Part shown: piece after piece, positions 14,145 through 29,595 of the stretch
How positions within the stretch are numbered: position 1 is the first letter of the stretch
Layout: every line of letters begins with the position of its first letter
Source of the DNA: Utricularia gibba
Lineage: Eukaryota; Plantae; Magnoliophyta
NCBI GenBank assembly: GCA_002189035.1
Contig: CM007991.1
Coordinates: forward strand, 2,108,001-2,172,000
Length of the DNA: 64,000 nt
Direction of reading: 5' to 3'
Position numbers and translations under genes: made by a program
The notes under the pieces: model-generated
What the model was told of the DNA's origin: nothing
What the model saw: only the letters and a program-made list of their open reading frames with translations
Database searches by the model: none

Positions 14145-16216
14145 TCAATCCGTCTTATAGGCCCATCCATGCTTATCAAGGAAGTCATTTACTGCCTCTT
14201 TTATGGCCAAGTTTGGCACCAGTTGCGATGGTAGAAGGGGGGTGCGCGTCACTGGATCGAAGTGTCCACCCTGATGCAGGTGCAGTTATATTGTTATGTT
14301 ATCCTGCAAACTGAATGAGGGTCGTTGGCACCAAAAGAATGGAAGGCTTACAGTGTTCAGATGATTTAGGATCCAGGTTCTCTCATATGTAAGCCCACTT
14401 GGTGCAATGACCGGATCGCGGAAAATCTCTAATGTGATTTTACAGCATAGATAGTCTGGTACCTGCGCCTAAACGCATTGAATGAACAGCAAAGACATCA
14501 AACTGCGTAAACCACAGAAGACGGACAGGATAACAACCTCTGATGGGGTGAGATCCTCCGCAGCCTTGGCAAAGACTTGCCCTAACGCTTGAAGCTGGTG
14601 TTGTTCAGGGTTTCCTGTTTCATCAACAAATCCTTCATGTAGAGAAGCATCACGGAGATTTTTCTCCTTCAAAGCCGTTTCACATGTTTCTCTATGCACG
14701 TCAACATGAGAGCCCATCAGGATCATAAGGCGTAAGAATACTAGATTGATAGTAAATCATGTGATTCAGAACTTTTGTTGAATCCAATCAAAGAGAATGG
14801 GGGGAGCTCACTTTAGACACTGCAGTTTCCAGGAACGCACTGTTGATTCATATTCCCAAGACAAGTACTTTTCCCTTGCAAGCTCTTGCCATATCTCCTC
14901 TACCATGTTGTTACCACTTGCATGAACACCGGTCTCAAGGTCCAAGGCCTTTCATGTCAAACAAAGTTAATAGCAGAGCAAACCATCTTGTACATCAGAC
15001 ACAATCTAGTTCCTCCCTTAAAAAGCTGTTCACTACAACACTTTATCCATGGTATTCAGAAAAAAAATTATCAGAAATACAATAGGTAGCCTTGAGTCCC
15101 GAAAAAGAAAATGTAGATACGAAAAATATACCAAACAATAGAAATTCATTATTCCTGCATACATGGCATGAAGAAAAAATTTTGCAAAATATGTTTGTCA
15201 CCTACTCTTTGCAGTTTCTTGATACCTTCTGCATTCTCTCCCCTTTTGAGCAGTGCAAGACCAAGCAAGTAATGACCCTAAAATATGATAGGAAAGAACA
15301 AGTTAGGCTTCCATCACTTGGTGGTCATAACTTCTGCTTCAATTTGCTTTAGCAAACGATGCTTCATTTGAGCAATATTGGTGATCACCCATACCATTAG
15401 TTCATTCAAGATGGAAAGCTTAAATTTTTAAGGCACATATCATTACAACGAATTAAAATTGGTTGGGGATTAGTGACATGCACGAAACTGCCCCAGTTCA
15501 CACTGCAGATAGATATACAACCCTAAAACATCTTGAAGCATGTTCTTCATGCGCACATAGGCGACACATGACAGATCCATGTAAAGGTTCTGTACAATAG
15601 GTAAAAAATTCCAAATAAGTTAACTTCAAAACGATAAATAATAAAGATCAACGGAATTGGTCAAGGTCAAGGTCACTGATGCCGAGGAAAACTATCATAC
15701 ACAAGCAAATCGAATTTATGCACAAAGTTCAACAATGGCAATCAGGCAAACGAGATATTAAATGCAACAATGCAGTGAAGCGAAAAAAATCACGAAAGCC
15801 ATACCTTCAAAGAATGATGATCCAGAGCAACTGCTTTTCTACAATCTTCTTCCACTCTCTTCCAGTCCCTGTACAGGAAAAAAAAACAAACAAACTTCAA
15901 CATGCATAGAAACCACGAAAAAGAAAAACACGTCCAATGCCACCGCTCAGAAACATACCCTCGCTTCCGATGGCAAACAGCCCGATTCGACCAATAGACG
16001 GCAACATTAGGGCACAAAGTAATAGCCTAAAGCAGATATCAAACATTAAAAAACCTGCCTATGGATTTGTATCAATGAAAAAAGAACCCGAACGAAACGT
16101 TTTCATGCCTCTGTGTAAGCCTCAATGGCGGCTCCAAATCGCTGTTTCTTGAAACAGAGGTTGCCGTCTTCCTTAAGTTGCTCCGCCAAAACCTTCGTGC
16201 TCGTAGTCGGCCCCAT
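14145..16216 (-). CDS. CHIP: E3 ubiquitin ligase CHIP (TPR + U-box)
   Basis: [45 protein letters not shown] and U-box [28 protein letters not shown]...[11 protein letters not shown]...HGWAYK. 8 exons; intron 1 is GC-AG. Confidence 0.96.
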
Positions 16217-16742
16217 TCTACAACTGCTCCTCGAGGCCCTAGAACGCAGAGAATGCTTCCGTCAATGAAGAATCTCGAAGACCAGTGCACGCAAACGCAC
16301 GATGACCGGCATTTCCCCTTCGGCGACTTCAGGTACCATTTTTGAAGAACGATTATTTGATTCCATGTATTTTACTTTATTTACATCACAATGAAAAAAA
16401 AAGTATTTTCAAAATCAATTAAAGAATTGTCTGAGAGGTGATTAAATAAAAATTTAATTTTTAAAATTGCTCAAAAAAACATTTTAAAATTTCAATTTTT
16501 TTTTTAAAACAAACGAAGGCTAAAAGCAAACTGAAACGGTTGGCTGCCCCAAGCTAAGGGCAGAAAAAGCATCAGTAATTTGAGCTCGTGAAGAACAACA
16601 TTTCAACAGCAATGTAGAGAAAAACTAAGTATACAAGTGAACGTCGATTGACGCACAAGTACCAAATACAGAAGCAGTGACGCTTGTGCTTCCCAGTGTA
16701 AACCGCAGATCAGGAAAGTGTAACCAATGGGAGCGAGGGAAG

Positions 16743-18558
<1,816 letters not shown>

Positions 18559-19494
18559 GCCTCAGAAGCCTGAAAACAAACGAAAATGAGCAACAGCACG
18601 AAATTAGTCCAAAAAAAATCAATCAAACACGTAGCTCCCACGAGCAACCCCAATTGACAGTCAATCCATATGAATAGAATAACCTTATTTTGGCTAATTA
18701 GGGCTCTGGGCATACAGAGACTCGCGAGTCAAATAGATGCACTACTAAAAGGAGAAGACTACCTGCGCGAAATTAGGTCACAAGCCCCGTACGAGTACCG
18801 CAGACAGCTTAATCCCCCGATTGATCGAGTTAGGGCACAAGCACAGCGAATGGGCAAAGTTTAGCCACGAAGACAGGGGGCTTTATCCCCATCCCCCTTG
18901 CCTGTTATTTTTTTTTCCCCATGTGAAAGCATTTACGGGCCATAGGAGTTTATAATGTTCTCACTGGGCCCACTTCGTATGTAATTTTAAAATTTCGCAT
19001 AATTTCCCCCTTTTCATATTATTTTTTCACAATCTATCAACAAAATTCATAATTTTAGTGTTATATTATCAAATACAATATAATATAACAAATATCATAA
19101 GAAAAATATGTCTTTTGTTGATTGATCAGATTAGAAGGATGAAAAAAAGCTGATTCAAAGATCATAAAAACAAAATGAATGCTCTGATGTTGAGAGGAAA
19201 ACTGATGTGCGAGCCATGAACTGAAGAATGTTGTGAAATAAATCACATACTCCTGGCCATAATTGGGCACTGGATGGATGTACATGAAACCCTTCCTACG
19301 GTTCACTTTACACCTCCAACTTCCAAGAATCGTAGGTATAGAGACTACTGCCTAAGTGAGTCTTCCTAAAAAGGGGGGATCAGATCAGAACACTGACGAG
19401 CACCGGAAGAAGATGGGACTAGAACCTCCTAAGACTACTCAGGCAACCATCAGTAGTTCTCCCAGATGACCAGAGAAACGGGGGGGGGGAGGTC

Positions 19495-21240
19495 CTAACT
19501 GTTGTTTGGTGGTGGCATTTGAGGGAGAATGGAGTTGGCGAGTTCCTCATTTAACTTGACCGGGAGTGGAGGCATGTGCTTCATTACAGCCGGGTGTTCG
19601 ACAAATCTGCAGCAAGGTTTTGAGCGCGCCAATGAAGCATTAGAGGATGCATGAACAACGAAAAAACATGCTAAATATGGAATAGAAAAGCTTCCTCAGA
19701 TGGTTCACTGGTGCAGGAGTTCAATGGACGTACTCATTCATGACAGACAGAATATTCGAACGAGCTCGACAAAAAAGGTCGATGTTCTCATGAATCTGCA
19801 AATGGATACAAAAAGTCGAAGACTTATTCCCAGTGCATTGTGGAAACTCTAATATAAGAGGTACTCTCATAGGTTACAAAAATATGCACCTTGCCAACAT
19901 GAAAGTGCGAAGATATTTGATCCAAGGCCTCAGAGCATTGCTCAAGAAGCTGTCCAGCAGTCCCACCAATTGCTGCTTTTCACAAATATAAAAACGTAAA
20001 TGAGTTTGCAATAGAAGAATTAGGAACAATGCATCCAGAGAAGGTCATGTGCCATCCAATCAATTTTCTAACAGGTTAGGTGAATTCATTTACAGAAAGA
20101 GCTTGACTGGAAAAAGCTAAGCTATTAAATAACAGTCGAGCCATAATTATGATAGAACAAAAATTTTTCAGACCTTTAAACGAGATACCATCATCATTCT
20201 GCATTGAGGCGATATAGGGAGGGCCCGTGGGGCGGTTTAAAGCTTGGGGCCTTTGCACTGAATCAGGTACTTTTTCCTGAAAAACACAAGGGTAACCAGC
20301 CGTTAATACAGGAAATTACAAACAGCACACACCAGATAAAGGTGGACAAATAATCAAGGGATGCAGCAAATACCTTCTTATCTTTACTTTTCTTTGATGA
20401 ATTGTTGTCATCTTTTCTTCTCTTGCCAATTTCCTTCTTCTGCAACATTGATTCAGATTATTTTATAGAATAAGGAACACCTATCAACACTTATGCACTC
20501 CTGTGATTGTTTTAAAACCTATTTGCAGATACTGTGAATCTCCGTCAATTGTACAAACTGTACGTCAAAACATATTGCTAATTATCTAACCCATTATATG
20601 ATTCTTGCAGCTGGCGGAACAATCTCAGAAGTAACTTGACAAATGAATTAACTTTCTGATGTTTCCTGGTATTGTTGATTACTCATTAAATCCTTGAGCC
20701 TACGCAATCTAGATTTCAACTACCACAGTCATACCCATCCCCGAAAAGCAAAAAGCACCCACAAGCCTTATAGAAAGGTAGGTCGGCATCGTAAAGCACA
20801 TGCATATCAAGAACTTACATTCATCCACCGGGAACGCAATGCAACATCACGAACCGTTTTGTTATTCAGCGCTTGTGCAGTCAGAGCATAACGCCTAAGA
20901 GGCGTCTCCGACGCATACCTGCAACAATCATAGACGGAATTACCTCCCAGAAAGACAACCCCAAAGATCCACGTTTTATACATAGACAACGCCTCCAAAA
21001 AAAGAAACACAAAGTTTAAACTCACTTAGCAAGCAATTCCTGGAGCGTGGACTGCTCCTCCGGCGACCAATCAACCGACAATTTTACGTTGTGCCTCAAA
21101 CCTCCTGGATTTTGGGCGTTAACGGAATCATCCGCGGCGGAAACGGAAGCATTATCCTGGGTATTCCGGCAATCATTATCGCCTTCAGTATCGTTGTTGC
21201 TATGATCCCCCGCCACCGCGGGAGTGGTGCTCGCCGCCAT
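19495..21240 (-). CDS. DUF3755 family SANT/Myb-like protein
   Basis: DWSPEEQSTLQELLAKY, KTVRDVALRSRWMNKKEIGKRRKDD, ENIDLFCRARSNI and MPPLPVKLNEELANSILP. 7 exons with GT-AG junctions. Confidence 0.9.
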
Positions 21241-21816
21241 TAAAATATACAAAACCTCGAGAATCCCAATTTCTGAGTTGGGAATGGGGGCTGAATTTAA
21301 TACCAGTTAAAACCAACCTCGATTCAATGGATATGGCTCTTTTAACGTCTAAATAATAATAAATAAATAAAAACCCAGATCCCCAGCAGATAATTTATTT
21401 GAAAATTATCACTTTACATTATTCACCATTTTAAGTTTTTTATTCACAATTTTAATAAATTATTAAATTATAAAAACATATTAAATTAATGTCATTTTTC
21501 AATAATATAATACATCATTTTCATCCTACTTGTTTTCTCTCTTCATAATTTCCTACATAATAAAAAATATGTTTAATAGTATAAAATATGATTTTTATCA
21601 AATTGTATCATTTATTAAGAATATGATACACTATTTTATTATATCGAGCAAACGACGTCGTTAATACTGCGAGAATCGTTAAAAAAAAAAAAAAAGTCTT
21701 AATAGGGCTTGCCAGAACCCAAGGGTTTATATAGGGCTTAAGGCTCCCATCAATGGCGGGGTTGCTTGCCTGATATCCGGGCATCATTTTGAGGCGATAA
21801 TCCTGGTATTCTCCCA

Positions 21817-24800
21817 ATGTTGGCAGCCTTAGCGCGCAGGTGCTACGGAGGCGCCTCCTCTCTTACCTTCCGTGCGCTCCGAATAAGGGGACCGTGTCAC
21901 TTTTCGAGACCATTTTGCTCCGATGGGTCGGACCAGGCTGCTCAGCCTGGCGCGGAAAATAAGGTCTTGGAGGCTGGTGAAGAAGTTGTGGATTCTGCGT
22001 CTTCGGCTGCCATTGTGCCCACCGTTGTCAGACCGGAGGATTGCTTGACGGTTAGTTTTTGTTGTGATTTAATTCCCTACTTTAAAAAACGAAGCCTTTG
22101 GGTTACTTCACTGTAAACCCATGTGCAGCAACGTGGCTTCTATTTGATCAAGCGGTGTTATGATAGGTTAACACATGCGATTTTTTGTGTACTCAATTAC
22201 TTTCTGAATGTTCGGTCTTTGGTGTTCTGTATTAAGAAAAGAATGAAATTTGCTCGTCTGTTGTCCTCAAGATGCGAAGGGGCGATATGAGAAACTGTGG
22301 CACCGAAGTTCATCTCTCTGTTGTGTCATATGCTCCTTACTTCAAAAAAAACGTAGAGCTTTGCGTTAAGTTTCTTTTTTTGTATACTATTATGCCACAG
22401 TTTTCTACAATTATTCCCTAATGTTTAAGGTTATGCATATCCCGCAATGCTAACCAAGTCTTTATGCATGTTTACATATTACTATTGACAATGTTGCAAT
22501 TGATGCCACTGCCCATGGAGCGGCAAAATCACTGAACAGGATAGCTAAATAGGAATAGAGTTTGTGGTGAAAATTCCGTTTGTAAATCCTTGTTATTCCC
22601 AGGCTGCTTGTTGATTCTATTATTTTACAATGCCTGACTCAATTTTCTTGTTTCATATTCTGCAGGTTATAGCATTACCCCTACCACATAGACCATTATT
22701 TCCTGGTTTCTATATGCCAATATATGTCAAGGTATGGGGCATCTCCTATCTTGTTAGAATTTTATTTACATATTATAGGGTATTTGGATTTTCTTTTTTT
22801 CCTTTTTTTCCTGAAAGAAATTCCTTAAATAATACATGTTGCTTCTAAATTAAGCGTATCCTGTAATGGCTTTTATCATTCTTTTCAAGTGATTCCATTT
22901 ACAATCTAGTATTTAATCTCATCCACGTCTTTGTAGCATAATTTTTCAGTGTGTTTCTAATTATGTTAATGTTTCTTTTATTATAAAGTGCTGTATTTTA
23001 GATTTTTTTTACTATAAATTGATATCAAAATCAGTCCATTTAGGGCGTCAGATTTCTTTGCTATTTTTTCGTCCCAAGTGGCTGGTTTATTTATCAATTT
23101 TTATTTTTGTCCTGAAAAGGACCCAAAATTGTTAGCAGCTTTAGTAGATAGCAGAAAGCGGCAAGCACCATATACTGGTGCTTTCCTTCTTAAGGATGAA
23201 GAAGGAATCGACAGTTCAGAGACAGAGAAAAATATACATGATCTCAAGGGAAAGGATTTACTTAATCGCTTACATGAAGTTGGCACTCTTGCTCAGGTGA
23301 TTCTTAGTATTGCATTGACAACGAAATTCAGAAATGACCGCCTTTCACACCGATCAACTAATAATGTCTTATAGATTACAAGCATTCAAGGAGATCAGGT
23401 TGTTCTCATTGGCCATCGGCGCCTCCAAATCACCGAGATGGTGAGTGGGTCCTTCCTTTGATGACCCGTTTGTTTGCTAATGTCATTTTTTATGCGTAAC
23501 ACCTGTAGCATTATCTTTTGGGTTCAGAACTCTATTTCCTTGCTGTTTCCTAAGGATTTTCTTACATCCAGGTCAGTGAGGATCCTCTAACAGTAAAAGT
23601 TGATCATCTCAAGGTATATTGAAATCTCACACCCTTAAACTAAACCTGGAATAGGGACAATATGTCAGTAGAAAAAAAATTTCTTTGCTTCATTGTGGAT
23701 CATGTTTCAGGAAAAACCATATGATAAGGATGATGATGTACTCAAGGCCACACTATTTGAAGTTATATCTACTTTGAGAGATGTTTTGAAAGCAAGTCCT
23801 TTATGGAGAGATCATGCGCACACATATACTCAGGTTTGAGTTATAACGGCACCCTGCAGTTATTGATTTATGTCTGCATTTCCAAAGTGTCCGATTCTTG
23901 AATTCATGCCAGATTTCTAGATGCTGTTGCATAAGATCTTAATTTCATGCTTGTACAGTTTTGTAGGGATAGAGATTTTCATGATTCATATTTATAAGTT
24001 TGAATTCAGTAGTTTCAAAGACGAATCAATTGAATTTGGAAATGGTCACTTTAAAGTACCAGATTTTAGTCTCATGGTCTTTGTGGTGCAAGGCAAATTT
24101 TTTTTTCTCATTAATTGTTCTTTGCAGCATATTGGTGATTTTACATATCCAAGAGTGGCAGATTTTGGTGCGGCAATATCAGGTGCTAACAAGTTACAAT
24201 GCCAGCAAGTGTTAGAAGAACTCGATGTAAGACTCTGAAGTATTCCTGCTCTGCATAGATTTGTCATTTATATGAAAAAAGTTTCTTTTATTGATGGCAT
24301 GGAGGCCTTTGGCTTTTTCTTCGTCATCCTACATGTCTCTCTTTTCACTTTTTCACCTTTCATTCTCCATATTTCAGGTGCATAATAGGTTGAGACTCAC
24401 ACTGGAGTTGGTAAAAAAAGAGATGGAGATAACCAAGATCCAGGTTGATCTTGTGGAATAACTAGTCCTCCTTCAGGACTGTAGACTAATTTCATCAATT
24501 TTTGTTTACCTTTTCCATAATTTATTATCGTAACAGGAATCTATAGCAAAAGCCATTGAAGAGAAGATAAGTGGGGAGCAGCGCCGCTACTTACTAAATG
24601 AGCAGCTTAAGGCCATAAAAAAGGCATGTTAATCTTGAGCAGAATTTTTGTGCTTGAAACTATCCCATGTTTCTAATTATCATTCAACCCTTTTTTTAGT
24701 AAATCTACACAAATTTTCAGGCAACATATTATGCTGCAAAGCGAACATGGTCTTAGTGTTTGGCCACTAATTATTTTTTATGTTTCATTCAGGAATTAGG

Positions 24801-27800
24801 TGTGGAAGCTGATGACAAGACTGCTCTTTCAGGTTGGTAATGTTTTTGCCTCATGTCATTATTTATAGTATGCTACCCGTCTGATTTATATAGGACACAT
24901 TGAATGAAGTATCAGCCATTTATGTTCACTTTTTCCTTTTACATTTTGGGTATTTGAACATCATGCTTGGAGTCGTCTATATTGTCCTAGTCTTTTCTCG
25001 TATTCAGTGAAGATGACTAAAGATTTTACACTGGATCCCAAACTGGATACAGTTTTTCTGGTTTAGAATTAGGTGGGTCTAGCAAACTGGGTATGGTTTT
25101 CCTGTGTGATGGTTTCTTTGTTGCCATACTTCTTATCAGATGTGCTATTAGTGAATGTGTACTGGATGTATTGTTTATGCAAAAAAGGATTCATTTTAGT
25201 GGTTTTTTCGAACGTGCTTCTCCCTCATGTTATTGATTCACTGTGACCATTTCCTATTCTGTTTGCTTCAGCTAAGTTTAGAGAAAGGCTTGATCCAAGG
25301 AAGGACAAGGTCCCAGCTCATGTACTGCAAGTCATAGAGGAAGAACTGACCAAATTGCAATTATTGGAAGCAAGTTCAAGTGAATTCAATGTAACACGCA
25401 ATTATCTTGATTGGTTAACTGCACTCCCCTGGGGTGAATATAGGTCTGCCATTTAACTATATAATGCCCAGAAGATACTCAATTTATGTTTTATGTGATC
25501 ACTAAAAATTCCTTTTTGAAGTGTTTGTGATGCGAGTCTTGTCTGAAATATGAATAAGATTGATGAGTCTTTTTGGTTTTGCATGTATGTGATCCTAAAT
25601 TTCAGTATCTGCAGTCTTTAGAACCTTGATAGATTCCAGTTGGCAAAAATGATTGCAACCTAAATTTGGAGATCACTTTCCACAGTTTTTATTATTGCTT
25701 CTGCTTATAACTGGAGAATATTAGCCACTGGAACCATAGTGAAGTAATTTCAGTTCATGGGGATCGCTTCATAAGGGTCTCTGACTTTCCATTTTAAATT
25801 ATCTAGTGATGAAAACTTCGATGTAGTTCAAGCTCAGAAAATTCTAGATGAAGACCATTATGGCTTGACAGACGTCAAGGAAAGGATTTTGGAGTTCATA
25901 GCAGTAGGAAAATTGAGGGGAACCTCCCAAGGTATTCTAGATTATCTTTAGATTTTTTTTTTTTTGTTTTTCATGTGAATATTATAATGATTTATCTAAG
26001 GAAACTCAAGCAGTTCACTTATCTTGTCTCCACTGAATGTATATTATCCTTTGAATATTTCACTGATTGAGTGTAGAAGAGACTGGACCAAAGTTTATAT
26101 GCGTGTTGCCTAGCCTTGTGCCATGGAAGACATTTAAAATTCTGAACTCAATGCGAATAATTGTTACTGTTGTTGCAGGGAAAATAATATGCCTTTCTGG
26201 CCCTCCAGGAGTTGGGAAAACAAGTATTGGGCGTTCCATTGCTCGAGCCTTGAACCGTAAATTTTATAGGTTTTCAGTCGGAGGTTTATCTGATGTTGCT
26301 GAAATTAAGGTAGGCATTGAATGTTTAAATACGCTACTTTCTCATACACCTTTATATTTAATGAAATATTTCTATACACACCTCAGGGACACCGCCGGAC
26401 CTATATTGGTGCCATGCCTGGAAAGATGGTCCAATGTTTGAAAAGTATTGGAACAGCTAACCCTCTTGTCCTGATTGATGAGATCGACAAGGTATGTATT
26501 TTGTATGTGTAGAGATTTGTGAAATTTGTTTTTATTGAACACACGTTTTCATTATTTGCACCATTACTTATTTGCAGTTAGGAAGGGGCCATGCGGGTGA
26601 TCCTGCCAGTGCAATGCTGGAACTCCTCGATCCAGAGCAAAACGCCAACTTTCTAGACCATTATCTTGATGTGACAATTGATTTATCTAAGGTAGCATGA
26701 TTCAATCATACTTTCTCAGGTCATCCATTTGAAAGAACTGGGTGAAATTTCTGTGATGAGTACAACAAAATAAACAGCACGTGGATTTTTAATTGATTTT
26801 GGTTGTTTTTTTCTGGCTTGTATTTGAAATCTAGGAGTTGAATCTGCTATTTTTCTGTGTATTTCAGGTTTTGTTTGTCTGTACAGCAAATGTTGTTGAG
26901 ATGATTCCTAACCCCCTGTTAGATAGAATGGAGGTCATCAGCATTGCTGGGTATATAACCGATGAGAAAATGCATATAGCAAGGGATTACTTGGAGAAAC
27001 AAACCCGAGAAGCATGTGGCATTAAACCCGAACAGGTTTCTGTGTTTTTCCACTATCATATTTGTCTTGTACATTTTTTGCCAATAAGAATATTGTTTCA
27101 AAAACGAGTACCAGGCTCTGAGTCAATCCTACTTTGTGTGAAGAACTCATAATTTTGCCTACAAAGATAAACGTGTTGATACAAGTGTTTTCAAAATATC
27201 ATTTATCCAGGTGGAGGTCACAGATTCTGCCCTTCTGTCGTTGATTGAGAATTACTGCAGAGAGGCTGGTGTCCGGAATCTTCAAAAGCAAATTGAGAAG
27301 ATATACAGAAAGGTCTTCCTTGAACTGTTTGGATTGACCTTCGGCATGCATTTTTCTTTTATGTTCAGTAAATATCTCCCCAAAAATCTGGTTTAATTAA
27401 ATTATGGCTCTATAAATCAATTGTTGCGGAAGTTGCTTACATCGCTTATGCTTGCTTACAACTTTATTGGTTGGCAGGTTGCTCTAAAACTTGTACGTAT
27501 GGGCTCTGTGAGTAAGGCAGATGATGGAAAGCTAGCTATTGAAGCTGTAAATGATGGTGTAGGTGTTGAGCCAGTAGATGATAGCAGCGTCAAGGTGGAC
27601 CTTGAAAGCAATGAAGATGCTGACATTGTTGGGCAACATACTGAACCTGATCAGGCCTCTGTTGATCAGTCTGGTTTCCTGGAGGTATATCTCGAACTAC
27701 AATAGTTACTTTACACTTCAGTGTGGTTGCTAGAAGTATCTGCTCTTGTAGAGTTTGAGAAACGAAACCACTCTTTTCCCCTCCCTCACAGGCGAAGAAC

Positions 27801-28575
27801 GTAGAAAACGGTGGCACCCCAGAATTTGAGAAGGTCGTAATCGAGTTGTCCAACCTTGCAGATTTCGTGGGGAAGCCTGTCTTCCATGCTGAACGCATTT
27901 ACGACCAAACCCCCACCGGAGTAGTCATGGGCCTAGCTTGGACTGCAATGGGTGGCTCTACTTTGTATGTAGAAACAACAGTAGTAGAGCAAGGTGAAGG
28001 AAAAGGGGCCATCACTCTAACAGGGCAACTTGGAGATGTGATGAAGGAAAGCGCACAGATCGCCTACACTGTCGCCAGGGCCATCATGCTCGAGAAGGAA
28101 CCAGAAAACCAGTTCTTTCAGAATACAAAGCTCCACCTCCATGTCCCTGCCGGTGCTACCCCTAAAGACGGCCCAAGCGCAGGCTGCACCATGATAACTT
28201 CCCTGCTCTCCTTAGCCAAGAACAAACCTGTCAAGAAGGACCTCGCCATGACAGGGGAAGTCACCTTAACCCGAAAAATTCTTCCCATTGGTGGGGTAAG
28301 TGAAAGCTCCTCCTCCCTTTCCATACTCACTGCATCCTCTGCTGCTTCTCACCATTCACAGTTACATGATCATGGCTTGGGTTCAGGTTAAAGAGAAGAC
28401 AATTGCTGCACGGCGAAGCGGCGTCAAGACGATCGTGTTTCCATCGGCTAACCAGAGAGACTTCGACGAGCTAGCTCCGAATGTGAAGGAAGGCCTGGAA
28501 GTACACTTTGTAGACGAGTACAGCGAGATATATGGCTTAGCCTTCGGAGAGGATCATACAACAGAGCCTCAGTAG
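21817..28575 (+). CDS. LON1: Lon protease homolog, organellar (mitochondrial Lon1-like)
   Basis: Arg/Ser/Ala-rich presequence, [14 protein letters not shown]-domain, Walker A GPPGVGKT, Walker B LIDEIDK, catalytic Ser in PKDGPSAG and Lys in GGVKEK. About 20 exons, one of them after a GC-AG intron. Confidence 0.97.
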
Positions 28576-29595
28576 TTGGTCTCTGCAGGCTTCCCCAGCC
28601 ATGGTGTGATAGTTTCCATACCTGACATCCTTTTAACTTCCCCATCATTCATCCATAAAACTGGAAGCACCCGGTTTCCCAATGTATCATTATAAACATC
28701 TGTTTGTCACATCATGCCTTTTTTATTTTAGTATAATGTACCCATTCATATTAATAATTTATTTGAATTATTTGCATTTAAAATACATTTTTTATAATTA
28801 ATATATATTTAAAATAAGACTATATTTAGTGTATATATATTTGAATTAGATATTATAAAATATCCTTTGTAAAATCCTCGTGAATAAAAGGAAACAATAT
28901 TAAAAAGTATGATTTAAATGATTATATCGTTATTTCATATCTTATCTTGTTTCAAACATGTTGCATATATTATAAACTGTGATGATATAGATTGTCCATA
29001 TTATAATAATGCCGAAAATAAAAAATTTAGATTTAATATTCAACTATTATTTATCAATAATATGATAAAATATATTTAAAGCAAGAAAATTTAGGTGAGC
29101 ACATCACGCCAATAAGAACGCGATGGGCTTGAAATTGTAGAAGCATTATTTTATTTCATATGCAGAGAAATTATATTATGGGTTCCCGTCCGTACGCCTT
29201 CAATTAGCCCTTGGAAACGTATCTAAAAGCGGTAATAAGGGATATTTACTAAACCCCGCCAAAAAAGGGAAGGGAAAAGCTGTAATGCTGCTGGTTCATG
29301 AACTCCGGGGAGGGTGTTTTCTTCGGCGTATCATACGTCGCCACGTCAGTAGACTGATAACGTCGGAATAAAATAATCCGAAAACCCTCGTTTTCAGTCA
29401 AATGTCTCTTCTTTCTCCGGGTTTCTGATTTCTTAGTGCTTTCCTTCCTCCTCCTCTTGCCGTTGCCCACACCGTCTTTTCTGGTTCTTGTCAAACTCTC
29501 AGTTTCCGCTTCCCTCCAGAGACTTCAATTTTCGGCGTTAGGAAGCGTTATCACATTTGCGTTGTGGAGGGGCTCGGGGTTGGTGTTAAAAATTG

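Noticed and set aside
21753-21773. 6-codon upstream ORF, or alternative start for dual targeting of Lon
   Set aside because: Out of frame with the Lon ATG, and it lies about where the TSS is expected downstream of the TATA-like element, so it may not be transcribed.
28860-28868. ATATCCTTT, a U12 AT-AC donor-like motif
   Set aside because: Intergenic AT-rich sequence with no flanking exon or branch point.
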